Assembly (NCBI GenBank): GCA_018396555.1
Contig: JAGTQL010000003.1
Location: forward strand, 1-41,721
Reading direction: 5' to 3'
From: Candidatus Bathyarchaeota archaeon
GTDB lineage: Archaea > Thermoproteota > Bathyarchaeia > Bathyarchaeales > DTEX01
DNA length: 41,721 bases
Part shown: one piece after another, positions 18,867 through 27,858 of the stretch
How the letters are laid out: every line of letters begins with the position of its first letter
Position numbering within the stretch: the first letter of the stretch is position 1
Notes under the pieces: generated by a model
The model's input: only the letters and a program-made list of their open reading frames with translations
The model's database searches: none
What the model was told of the DNA's origin: nothing
Translations under genes and position numbers: made by a program

Positions 18867-19478
18867 TCAACACTTAACTATCCTAACAAAATTTTTAATT
18901 ATCCGCTCGCCGGCTTTACCTGATTTCTCAGGATGAAATTGAACCCCAAAAACATTGCCCCTAATCACTATAGAAGGAAATTTTACACTATACTCAGTTT
19001 CAGCGGCAACCATGGGCGTATCCTCCGGAAGCACGTAGTAGCTGTGAGCAAAATAAAAATGATCTTTTTCGCCTATTCCATCTAGGAAATCTGAAGGCTT
19101 AATTATTTTAAGGGTGTTCCAGCCCATATGGGGAGCCTTAACGCTTCCAGGTAATTTAACAACCTTACCGCTTAATAACCCTAACCCGAAAAGCCCCGGG
19201 CTTTCCTCGCTTTCTCGAAATAACAGTTGCATACCTAGGCATATGCCGAAGGTTACAACGCCGCTTTTAACAAAATCCGCCAACTCGCCCTTAATCTTCA
19301 GTAAACTTTCAGCCCCAGCCTTAAAGCTACCGACTCCTGGAAGGATAAGTGCATCAAAATTTGTAGAGTTTCGAGTTTCTGAACTTATCTCGGCGTTTAA
19401 GCCAGCCTTTTCTAAGGTATGCCTTATGCTGAAAAGGTTTCCAACCCCATAATCTAGTATTACAGCTTTTAAGGTCAC
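18867..19478 (-). CDS. hisH: Imidazole glycerol phosphate synthase glutaminase subunit
   Basis: DYGVGNL, LPGVG, GICLGMQ, PHMGWN, QFHPEKS. Confidence 0.97.
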   Translation of the reverse strand: MTLKAVILDYGVGNLFSIRHTLEKAGLNAEISSETRNSTNFDALILPGVGSFKAGAESLLKIKGELADFVKSGVVTFGICLGMQLLFRESEESPGLFGLGLLSGKVVKLPGSVKAPHMGWNTLKIIKPSDFLDGIGEKDHFYFAHSYYVLPEDTPMVAAETEYSVKFPSIVIRGNVFGVQFHPEKSGKAGERIIKNFVRIVKC

Positions 19479-19481
19479 CTT

Positions 19482-20057
19482 CTATAGTGCCCCCTTAGAG
19501 CTGGGTACGTTCATCCTCTCCGGATCCGTTGAGATAGCTTGTCTTAGAGATAGAGCTAGGGCTTTAAAGGCTGCTTCAACTTTGTGGTGATCATTTAGTC
19601 CATATTGAACCCATATATGTACGTTTGCACGTAAAGAGGCAGCTAAGGTCTCGAAGAAATGATATATGTCCTCACAGGGCATGTCTTCAATACGCTTACC
19701 TTCAAGCTTCAAGTCGATCTTTGGATACGGCCTGTTTGAGAGATCCACCGCTGCAAATGCCAGTGAGCAGTCCATCGGGACGATTGCGTATCCAAACCTT
19801 CTTATACCCGTTGAGTCCCCAAGAGCCTTCCTTATGGCTTCACCTAGACATATAGCTACGTCCTCAACAACATGGTGGCTTAAGTCGCCAGATGCCCTAG
19901 CAAATATGTCGATCAGGCTGTGGGTGGCGAGAGAGCTGAGCATATGATCTAGGAATAATACCCCTGTGTGGACATCTGCTGAGCCAGTCGCATAGAGGTT
20001 CACTTTTACATTGATATTGGTTTCAAACGTTTTTCTTGATATTTCAGCTTCCTTCAA
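19482..20057 (-). CDS. hisB: Imidazoleglycerol-phosphate dehydratase
   Basis: FLDHML, GDLSHHVVED, PMDCSLA, NDHHKVEAAFKA, PSSKGAL. Confidence 0.97.
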   Translation of the reverse strand: MKEAEISRKTFETNINVKVNLYATGSADVHTGVLFLDHMLSSLATHSLIDIFARASGDLSHHVVEDVAICLGEAIRKALGDSTGIRRFGYAIVPMDCSLAFAAVDLSNRPYPKIDLKLEGKRIEDMPCEDIYHFFETLAASLRANVHIWVQYGLNDHHKVEAAFKALALSLRQAISTDPERMNVPSSKGAL

Positions 20058-21249
20058 ACTCTTCTCCCCTAATAAATTCTATCACATCTGATATATCATT
20101 AACTGAGGGCAAAATAAGATCGCACCCATAATTGATGAATTCTCTCACCAAGTCTTCCTTCACGCTTGAATACTCATAAACCCCGGCGGATAAAAACCTT
20201 GGGTCAGTCCTTGCAGCCTCATTAACCATCATTGCATCTTCCATTGAGTCACCAACATAGAGTGCGAGGTTGAAGGGCTCTAAGCCACTGGCGGATTTAA
20301 GTAGTGAAAATGGGCTTGGCTTCTTAAGGTTGACTTTTATTTTTCTCTCAAGATATTCGCCTTCAGCCTTCTCTACGTCATCAAGGAAAATCATAGCTTT
20401 TGGATTAAACCATTCTAATAGATCGCATAGGATGCGGCGAGCCGGTTTAAATCTACCTCCTGAGGCTATTCCAAATCTGGTTCCGCCCAAAATTGAGGAG
20501 AGACGTCTTAAAGAATCATGATTAACAATAGGCTTCCCATTCTCGACCATTCCTCTGCCGCTGTAAAATATTGGTTCAGCGCCATAGGTTTCCTTAAAAA
20601 GCGTAGGTCCGCAGAATATTTCCTCAAAAACCGTTGCGAGGATGCTTTCACCAACTTTTTCATATCCGTGAAGAAAAGCCTTTAGCAGACTATAGAATTC
20701 TTTCGAGATTTTCCCTGAACTTAATATGGCTTTATCAACAGAGGACGCGCCGTTTACATCTAAGAGATTTGTGAAATCCTCAAGTTTAACCGCTGTTTTC
20801 TTTAGAAAGCTCCTTAAATCTAACCTATCTGCGCTGAGTCCCTCCTTGACCATTAGCAGGCGCCTAAATAAGTTTTTCTCGCAGATAGACAGCCTCATCA
20901 ATTTCTCAAGTTTCTCACGCGCTTCTTTAGGCATCTCACATAGCAAAAACATCGTTAAGCCGTACACTATATCCCAATCGTTATTGAAGCCGCCGCTTCT
21001 TCTAAAAAGAAAAATTGTTTTATCCGACACTAGATTCTTGGGCATAATGCAGCCTGTCATATTCTCAAATACGTATGATGTTGCTTTTGCAATAGCCCTA
21101 TCGTAAGATTCCCTTATGTCGATAAGTACCCCATCGCAATCAAATATGACTGCGTCAACCATTCCGAGATGTCTCGCTTTATCTTCTCTGATATACGCAG
21201 TTCCGGACTCCATATCAAACATGATGTATTTCTTAGGCGCCGAATTCAT
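20044..21249 (-). CDS. HAD-superfamily hydrolase with a large cap, inside the his operon (candidate histidinol-phosphate phosphatase)
   Basis: FDCDGVL (motif I), GGFNNDWD, KKPSP, YVGDSMED; overlaps hisC and hisB. Confidence 0.75.
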   Translation of the reverse strand: MNSAPKKYIMFDMESGTAYIREDKARHLGMVDAVIFDCDGVLIDIRESYDRAIAKATSYVFENMTGCIMPKNLVSDKTIFLFRRSGGFNNDWDIVYGLTMFLLCEMPKEAREKLEKLMRLSICEKNLFRRLLMVKEGLSADRLDLRSFLKKTAVKLEDFTNLLDVNGASSVDKAILSSGKISKEFYSLLKAFLHGYEKVGESILATVFEEIFCGPTLFKETYGAEPIFYSGRGMVENGKPIVNHDSLRRLSSILGGTRFGIASGGRFKPARRILCDLLEWFNPKAMIFLDDVEKAEGEYLERKIKVNLKKPSPFSLLKSASGLEPFNLALYVGDSMEDAMMVNEAARTDPRFLSAGVYEYSSVKEDLVREFINYGCDLILPSVNDISDVIEFIRGEEFEGS

Positions 21250-22366
21250 CTAGAACCGCCCCTAATTCTCTTATAAAGCGCTTCATCATTTGGGCTGGAG
21301 CAACAGTAACTCTTAGGCAATTCCTGAACTTTAAAACTTGCCCAATATCCTTAACTATAATTCCCCTTTCTAAAAGCGCCTTGTGAACTACTGATGAATC
21401 AACATTGCCAGTTCGGAATAGCACAAAATTTGTTTCAGATGGGAAAGCCGCAATTCTCCCCGTACTGTTGAGCGCATTAATGAGCCTGGATCTCTCAGTT
21501 CTAAGCTCAAATATCTTTCTTTCTATGAATTCAAAATTTTCCTCCAAGAGTTTTGTAGCAACCCTTAAGGCCATGAGGCAAACGGAGTATGGCATCTGAA
21601 ACTTTTCGTTTATTATCTCAGCTAGCTTTCGACTTGCAATAGCATATCCAACTCTTAACCCAGCTAAGCCGAAAACCTTTGAAAACGTTCTAAAAACTAT
21701 TAGGTTTTCAAGATCCCTAGCTAGGTCCAATATTGTTGCGCCAGCGAAGTCAGCGTATGCTTCATCAACGGCGACAATGCCGTCGAAGTTCTCGGCTATA
21801 CTCAATATGTCTTTATGGCTGAACCGGTTTGCAGTTGGATTGTTTGGAGAGCAAAGGAAGATGACCCTAGTATTCGGCGTTACTGAGGAGAGCAAGGCTT
21901 CTACATCAAGGGAAAAATCATCCTTTAATGGCACGCTCTTATATTCTGCGCCCTGTATCTTCACGCAGTGCTCATAAATTACAAATGTTGGAGCTATTGA
22001 TAGGGCTTCATCACCTCTTCTTAGAAACATTCTGGAAACCAGATCTATAATTTGATCGCTTCCGGTGCCTACGACTATTTCCTCAGGCGAAACGTTCAAA
22101 TGTTTACTTAAGGCATTCTTTAAATTATTAACTTCGTCCCGGGGATAGATTCTCGGGTCGATTTCATCGACAGCCCGCCTCAAAATGTTTCTTAGAAAAT
22201 CCAGCGGTATGAAAAGGTTTTCGTTGGAATTTAATTTTAGAATTTCAGAATCTTTCATGTTGATCCTTGAAGCCAAGCCTCTAACACTCTCGCCCAGATC
22301 GTATTTACTTAGATTTTCAGCATCCGCGATTACTTCTCTAATTATTCTCTTTCTTTCCAAATTCAA
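21233..22366 (-). CDS. hisC: Histidinol-phosphate aminotransferase
   Basis: KLNSNEN, GSDQII, CSPNNPT, DEAY, RTFSKVFGLAGLRVGY. Confidence 0.95.
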   Translation of the reverse strand: MNLERKRIIREVIADAENLSKYDLGESVRGLASRINMKDSEILKLNSNENLFIPLDFLRNILRRAVDEIDPRIYPRDEVNNLKNALSKHLNVSPEEIVVGTGSDQIIDLVSRMFLRRGDEALSIAPTFVIYEHCVKIQGAEYKSVPLKDDFSLDVEALLSSVTPNTRVIFLCSPNNPTANRFSHKDILSIAENFDGIVAVDEAYADFAGATILDLARDLENLIVFRTFSKVFGLAGLRVGYAIASRKLAEIINEKFQMPYSVCLMALRVATKLLEENFEFIERKIFELRTERSRLINALNSTGRIAAFPSETNFVLFRTGNVDSSVVHKALLERGIIVKDIGQVLKFRNCLRVTVAPAQMMKRFIRELGAVLDEFGA

Positions 22367-23658
22367 CCTTTAATCCTCTCCTCCACAGCTAATGCATGAT
22401 TAAGCAACCCTTCGCCCTTAGCCAGGACCTTAGCGGTAAGCGATAATTTTTCTAAGGCATCTCTTGAGCACTCGGCAATATTCATGAACCTGACGAAATT
22501 AAGGGCCGATAAGCCGGAGTAAACCTGCCCAAACCCATTTGTTGGGAGAACATGGTTTGTTCCTAGACAATAATCGCTTAGGGAGGTTGGTGTGTAATTA
22601 CCAATTAGCACAAGTCCAGCTGAATATATTCTTTCAGAGAGCTTATAGGCGTTTTCAGCCATTATCTCAAGGTGTTCAGGCGCAAATGCGTTTATTAACT
22701 CTACAGCCTCATCAATGCTTTCAGATACCACTATCAATCCTTTTCTTTCTAAAGACTGTGAAACTATCTCTCTGTTCGGCGCATCCTCAACTAAACGCTT
22801 AATCTCCTCAGCCACCATATTGGCAACATGCAAAGATGTTGTTACAAGCATTGAAATGCTATCAATACCATGCTCAGCCTGAGAGAGCATATCTCTTGAA
22901 ATTAAACGCGGATCAGATTTTTCATCAGCCAGAATTACTATCTCGCTTGGTCCAGCTGGGAAATCAATCGGTACGTCACGTGAAATTATGTTTTTAGCCG
23001 CTAAAACATACTGGTTGCCTGGACCAACAATTTTCACAACGGGCTTTATGGTTTCAGTTCCATATGCTAGGGCTGCCACGGCCTGTATGCCGCCGACCCT
23101 ATAAATCTCATCTGCGCCGCATATGTCCGCTGCCGCTAGGGTTAACGGATTAATTTCACCATCCCATCTAGGCGGAGAACAAATAACAACTCTGGGAACT
23201 CCCGCAACCTTCGCTGACACCACAGTCATGATGACGGTGCTTGGATAGGCAGCTCCGCCGCCAGGTATGTAGCATCCAGCGCTCGCAATTGGGCGGTAGA
23301 CTCTGCGGATTCTCACGCCGCCATCTTCATATTCAAATGAGGAATGCGCTAGAATCTGCTTTTCGAAACCCTCAACTCTAATCTTTGCGGCCTTAATGGC
23401 TGATATCTGTTCTTCGCTTACTTTTTCATAAGCATCCTTAATTTCTTCTCGACTAACTCTTAAGCGCTCAGCGGTCAACGTGACTCTGTCAAATTTTTCC
23501 GTCAGATCTACTAGGGCTAGATCTCCTCTCCTTTTAACATCCTCAATTATTGACTCAGCATATTTCAGTAGCCCTAAATCTAAGCTTCCCCCCATCGGCC
23601 ATCTGTCCTTCAGAATTGCCTCGCGTGCTTCATCAGATCTCACGATTTTTATTAGCAT
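22363..23658 (-). CDS. hisD: Histidinol dehydrogenase
   Basis: [54 protein letters not shown]. Confidence 0.97.
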   Translation of the reverse strand: MLIKIVRSDEAREAILKDRWPMGGSLDLGLLKYAESIIEDVKRRGDLALVDLTEKFDRVTLTAERLRVSREEIKDAYEKVSEEQISAIKAAKIRVEGFEKQILAHSSFEYEDGGVRIRRVYRPIASAGCYIPGGGAAYPSTVIMTVVSAKVAGVPRVVICSPPRWDGEINPLTLAAADICGADEIYRVGGIQAVAALAYGTETIKPVVKIVGPGNQYVLAAKNIISRDVPIDFPAGPSEIVILADEKSDPRLISRDMLSQAEHGIDSISMLVTTSLHVANMVAEEIKRLVEDAPNREIVSQSLERKGLIVVSESIDEAVELINAFAPEHLEIMAENAYKLSERIYSAGLVLIGNYTPTSLSDYCLGTNHVLPTNGFGQVYSGLSALNFVRFMNIAECSRDALEKLSLTAKVLAKGEGLLNHALAVEERIKG

Positions 23659-24650
23659 CTCTCTGAGCCACCGTCCTCCCCATTGGAAGTTATCTCTTCT
23701 AATGGCAGAACTTGCCTAGGCTCGTAGACAACTAATCCTTGAGCGAGCCTTCTTAGGGCTGGAAGGATCTCTAGGAACCGATCCTTGTCTATCACTGTGT
23801 TCACTGAATACCAATTTTCATCTGATAGAGGTGCAACAGTCGGCTTCTTAAGCGCTGGCAGCCTCTCCAATAGCTTCGGGAGATTTTCTCTGTGTACATT
23901 AACGAATATATGCAGCTTCTTTCTGCCGTCAACAACACCCCTAAGAAGGGTTAATACATCATATATCTTCTCACGCTTCATCGGATCCTTAAGGGAGTTT
24001 TTGTTGGCTATGAGCACCGCTGTTGACTTCATTATGACTTCAATCGGCTTCAGTTCATTTTGCTCTAAAGTCTCACCAGTTTCAGCAACATCAATTATGG
24101 CGTCAGCGTTCTCAGGGGGCTTAGCCTCGGTTGCGCCGAAGGATAGGTAGACTGTAACATGATTATTCACGCCTCTTCTCCACCATGGCGTGATCAGCAG
24201 GGGTTCTTTTTCGCCATAGAGCCGCCTATAGGTTTCGTTGCCCCTCAGGAATTCAGCTGAAATGTTAAGATACTCGGTGGATATTCTGAGAACTTTTCCC
24301 TCGCCGTGAAAAGCCTCTAAGAGGCTTGAGAGATTATTTATGTGCGTCCATGCTTTAGGCACTGCCAGAACAAGATTAACCTTAGCATACTCAAGGTCCA
24401 GCAGGATCTCAACATCAGCACAGGTTTCATGCAGCCAATCAAGCCCGGTTATGCCTAAATCATGAAGCCCCTCGCTAACGAATAATGGGATCTCCTGAGG
24501 TCTAAGAACCTTCAATTCTATTCTTGAATCATTTATCAATGGCCTATATGTGCGCTCCCCGCCGGAAATAACGTAGCCAGCCCGTTCCAATGCTTGAAAT
24601 GTTCCTTCAGCCAAATGCCCCTTCGGTATAACTAAACTAATCTTACTCAT
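23652..24650 (-). CDS. hisG: ATP phosphoribosyltransferase, long form with C-terminal regulatory domain
   Basis: IPKGHL, RPQEIP, DLGITGLD, GATE..P..ADAIID..ETGETL..N.L, LPALKKPTV. Confidence 0.95.
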   Translation of the reverse strand: MSKISLVIPKGHLAEGTFQALERAGYVISGGERTYRPLINDSRIELKVLRPQEIPLFVSEGLHDLGITGLDWLHETCADVEILLDLEYAKVNLVLAVPKAWTHINNLSSLLEAFHGEGKVLRISTEYLNISAEFLRGNETYRRLYGEKEPLLITPWWRRGVNNHVTVYLSFGATEAKPPENADAIIDVAETGETLEQNELKPIEVIMKSTAVLIANKNSLKDPMKREKIYDVLTLLRGVVDGRKKLHIFVNVHRENLPKLLERLPALKKPTVAPLSDENWYSVNTVIDKDRFLEILPALRRLAQGLVVYEPRQVLPLEEITSNGEDGGSERC

Positions 24651-24662
24651 ACATTCTCACCA

Positions 24663-24904
24663 TTCATTTAGTATTTCCAGGTTTGACCATGAGCGGAGAG
24701 GAGATCTAAAGGAGATTTGAAAATCGAAAAAATGAATAATCGCCTGAGAAAAGATAATAACTTAAGCATTATCATTTTACGTCAAACTCTTTCATTTAGT
24801 ATTTCCAGGTTTGACCATGAGCGGAGAGGAGATCTAAAGGAGATTTGAAAATCGAAAAAATGAATAATCGCCTGAGAAAAGATAATAACTTAAGCATTAT
24901 CATT
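24663..24904. repeat. Direct repeat, 2 x 114 bp (24663-24776, 24791-24904), with a 14-nt spacer
   Basis: Exact copies ttcatttagtatttcc...gcattatcatt; junction 24770-24791 is the reverse complement of 25033-25054. Confidence 0.95.
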
Positions 24905-24935
24905 AATGATGCCGAGAGGAGAAATAGGTTCTCAT
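24903..24935 (-). CDS. Putative his-operon leader peptide MRTYFSSRHH (extendable to TTG 24974: MGDCVHKRRLRSSMRTYFSSRHH)
   Basis: Minus strand ATG AGA ACC TAT TTC TCC TCT CGG CAT CAT TAA TGA TAA; SD-like GAGGCGG and GTGGTG upstream; lies between a TATA box and hisG. Confidence 0.5.
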   Translation of the reverse strand: MRTYFSSRHH

Positions 24936-25010
24936 TGATGAACGCAACCGCCTCTTATGAACGCAATCCCCCAATTCCCATACACCACTCAAAAATAGGC
25001 TGCATAATGG

Positions 25011-25025
25011 AAATATAAATCTTTC
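25011..25025 (-). promoter_or_regulatory. BRE/TATA promoter candidate for the his leader and operon
   Basis: Minus strand GAAAG-ATTTATATTT. Confidence 0.5.
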
Positions 25026-25382
25026 TGCAATTAAGAGTTTGACGTAAAATGATAGTAAGGTTCATTTTGGTTGAAAGGTTCAGTTTCATATATAAAATGG
25101 AAGAAGAAACGTTTTAATTGGGCTTTAAAAAAGAGCGCAAAAAAGGCTTAATACCAACAATAACATTTGCTAATAAAAAGATTTGAAACTGAAATGATAG
25201 TTACGACCGAGATTGTTATGGCAAGATATTTTTCCATTCAGCATCCGTTTGTTTCTAAAAAACTAAAACACAAATTTTCCCTTTAATTATCTTACGCATA
25301 TTATAAAAGGTAAATCTAACGCTTATAAGACTGTATAAAAGATATTTTTCCGATCAGTATCCAAGTGTAGAGCGATGGGAAA

Positions 25383-26084
25383 GTGAAGGTTAGAATTTGC
25401 GTCCCCATACCGGCCAGCAGCGTTCCAGATGCGTTTACTATGCTAGGCAGAGCTGAGAATGCCGGAGCGGACTTAATTGAAATACGCCTAGACTATGCGG
25501 GCTTAGATGCTTCTGAGATAATAAAAATGTCTAGGCATATCGCTAAACAGTGTTCAACGCCCCTAATAGCGACTAATAGGCAGATTAGGCAAGGGGGCAG
25601 ATGCCGCTTATGCGAGGAAGAGCGAATAAAAACCCTCATTGAAGCCGCTAAGGCCGGCTTCACATATGTGGATCTTGATCTTACAACACGCAATTTAAGC
25701 GACGTTGTTAAGACTGTTAGGGATTTCGGTGCCAAGGTGATTATTTCATTTCACGACTTTAATTTTACACCACCAATCAGTGAGATGGAAAGAATAGCTG
25801 GGGTGCAGGTTGAGGCTGGAGCTGACATATGCAAGATTGTTACGATGGCAAATAGCATCTCGGACAGCATAAAATGCCTTTTCTTCACCCATGAAATGAG
25901 TGGAAGCATGAATATTGTTTGCTTCGCCATGGGTGAACATGGTTTACTCTCAAGAATCCTCTCACCGCTTTTCGGAGCCCCCTTCACATACGCATCCTTG
26001 GAAGGCGGCTTTGAAACTGCTCCGGGACAAATATCAATCGGGGATTTGAGGGAGATTTATAGGAGGCTTGGTGTTCAGTCATGA
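25383..26084 (+). CDS. aroD: Type I 3-dehydroquinate dehydratase
   Basis: ADLIEIRLD, IATNR..QGG, ISFHDF..TP, DICKIV, FAMG..G..SR, APGQI. Confidence 0.95.
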   Translation: MKVRICVPIPASSVPDAFTMLGRAENAGADLIEIRLDYAGLDASEIIKMSRHIAKQCSTPLIATNRQIRQGGRCRLCEEERIKTLIEAAKAGFTYVDLDLTTRNLSDVVKTVRDFGAKVIISFHDFNFTPPISEMERIAGVQVEAGADICKIVTMANSISDSIKCLFFTHEMSGSMNIVCFAMGEHGLLSRILSPLFGAPFTYASLEGGFETAPGQISIGDLREIYRRLGVQS

Positions 26085-26986
26085 ATCTCTCTGGGAAAAC
26101 CAGGATCTGCGCTTTAATCGGGGATCCTGTTGAGCACTCGCTTAGCCCCGTGATCCAAAACGCTGCATTTAAACATTTAGGCTTAGATTATATTTATTTG
26201 GCATTCAATGTAAGGGCGGACCGCCTAAAAGATGCCGTTTCCGGGATTAGAGCGCTTAACATGCATGGACTTAATGTAACCATGCCTCATAAAATTGCCG
26301 TAATTAAATACCTAGATGGTTTAGATGAGACGGCAAGCAGGGTGGGATCCGTAAATACGATCCTGAATAGCGATGGAAGACTTATCGGCTACACAACAGA
26401 CGGCGTAGGCGCCCTTAATGCTCTAAAAAGCGCTGATGCCGACCCATCTGGTAAAAAGGTTGTAATTTTGGGGGCAGGCGGATCCTCTAGGGCAGTATCG
26501 TTCACGCTGGCTGAGATCGCATCGGAGCTTGTAATACTTAATAGAACTTTTGACAGGGCTAAGGATCTGAAAAACGTTTTACGCAGGGTTTTAGGCAACG
26601 AATTAAGGATTAAGGCAGCGCCGCTTACGGATGAGTATTTAAAGAAAGAGCTTGAAGATGCTGATATATTAATTAACGCTACATCCGTCGGTATGAAACC
26701 TAATAGTGATGACACGCCGGTTAAACGGGATTATCTTAGAAAAGACCTAGTAGTCTTTGATTTTGTTTATGAGCCGCTTGAGACAAGGCTTCTTAGGGAG
26801 GCAAGATTGGCGGGTGCTAAAGTAATTGATGGTTTATCAATGCTGATCCATCAAGGGGCAGCTTCATTCAGAATATGGACTGGGATGAAGGCTCCGGTGG
26901 AGATCATGATGGATGCGGCTTTGAAGAGGATAAAGCAATTGAAGAGTTCAGCGTCCAATAATGTAAAGGAGGATGCGGCCCTTTGA
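26081..26986 (+). CDS. aroE: Shikimate dehydrogenase
   Basis: GDPVEHSLSP, GLNVTMPHK, SVNT, TDG.G, GAGG, NRT, INATSVGM, GLSMLIHQG. Confidence 0.96.
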   Translation: MNLSGKTRICALIGDPVEHSLSPVIQNAAFKHLGLDYIYLAFNVRADRLKDAVSGIRALNMHGLNVTMPHKIAVIKYLDGLDETASRVGSVNTILNSDGRLIGYTTDGVGALNALKSADADPSGKKVVILGAGGSSRAVSFTLAEIASELVILNRTFDRAKDLKNVLRRVLGNELRIKAAPLTDEYLKKELEDADILINATSVGMKPNSDDTPVKRDYLRKDLVVFDFVYEPLETRLLREARLAGAKVIDGLSMLIHQGAASFRIWTGMKAPVEIMMDAALKRIKQLKSSASNNVKEDAAL

Positions 26987-27846
26987 TCGGAAGATCTGTT
27001 GCCTACGGCGCGGTCACAATTATTAACGCCATATCATGCGGATTAGGCGCAGCATTAAGCGTGGGTTTAAAAACTGAGGCAAGGGTTAAACTTACCAGCG
27101 AGCCTGGAAATATTGAGGGTAAAATACTCTCCGACCCTTCTGAGAGCACCATATTAATTGATAAGGTTGTTAGGCATATCTTAAAACATTTCCATCTTGA
27201 GGATCAATATGGAGCGTATGTTGAAACCCAATCTAACATACCGATAGCTCGCGGTTTAAAGAGCAGCAGCGCTGCAGCCAACGCCGTAACGCTTGCAGCT
27301 ATATCTGCCTTAGGTGAGGAGGTTGATGACTTATCCTTGATTAATATTGGGGTTGACGCGTCCATAGAGGCTGGAGTAACCGTAACCGGAGCCTTTGATG
27401 ATGCATGCGCTTCATATTTTGGAAACATGGTTGTAACCGACAATTATGAGAGGAAAATTCTGAAAAGATTCCAGCCAGAAGGCGACTACGCCATTCTAAT
27501 TCATGTTCCGCCAAAGAAGGCTTACACATCAAAATCAGATGTTAACAGGATGAAAATAATAGCTGATGAGGTTAAAGCCTTACATAGATTGGCTCTTGTA
27601 GGTGACTACTGGTCAGCCATGACCCTTAATGGTTTATTATATTCAGCGGTTCTAGGCTGTGACATTAATATTGCGCTTGACGCCCTAGCTGAGGGAGCTG
27701 TAGCGGCAGGATTATCAGGCAAGGGCCCCGCAGTTGCGTCAATCGTCCCAAGGGAGAACATTAACCGCGTGCGGGATGTATGGGGCAAATATGAAGGTGA
27801 AATAATTGAGACATGCATTAATCGTGAGAAAGCGCATGTTCTATAA
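26983..27846 (+). CDS. aroK: Archaeal shikimate kinase (GHMP family)
   Basis: GAVTIINAI..G.GAA, IPIARGLKSSSA, TVTGAFDDACAS, GLSGKGP. Confidence 0.94.
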   Translation: MIGRSVAYGAVTIINAISCGLGAALSVGLKTEARVKLTSEPGNIEGKILSDPSESTILIDKVVRHILKHFHLEDQYGAYVETQSNIPIARGLKSSSAAANAVTLAAISALGEEVDDLSLINIGVDASIEAGVTVTGAFDDACASYFGNMVVTDNYERKILKRFQPEGDYAILIHVPPKKAYTSKSDVNRMKIIADEVKALHRLALVGDYWSAMTLNGLLYSAVLGCDINIALDALAEGAVAAGLSGKGPAVASIVPRENINRVRDVWGKYEGEIIETCINREKAHVL

Positions 27847-27858
27847 ATTATACAGCGT

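Noticed and set aside
24663-24904. Repeat-spacer-repeat as a CRISPR array or IS ends
   Set aside because: Only two 114-bp units, a 14-nt locally templated spacer, and no cas or transposase genes
24955-24981. Alternative uORF MGIGGLRS in the his leader
   Set aside because: No His codons and its ATG is too close to the SD-like GTGGTG; the His-His frame fits better
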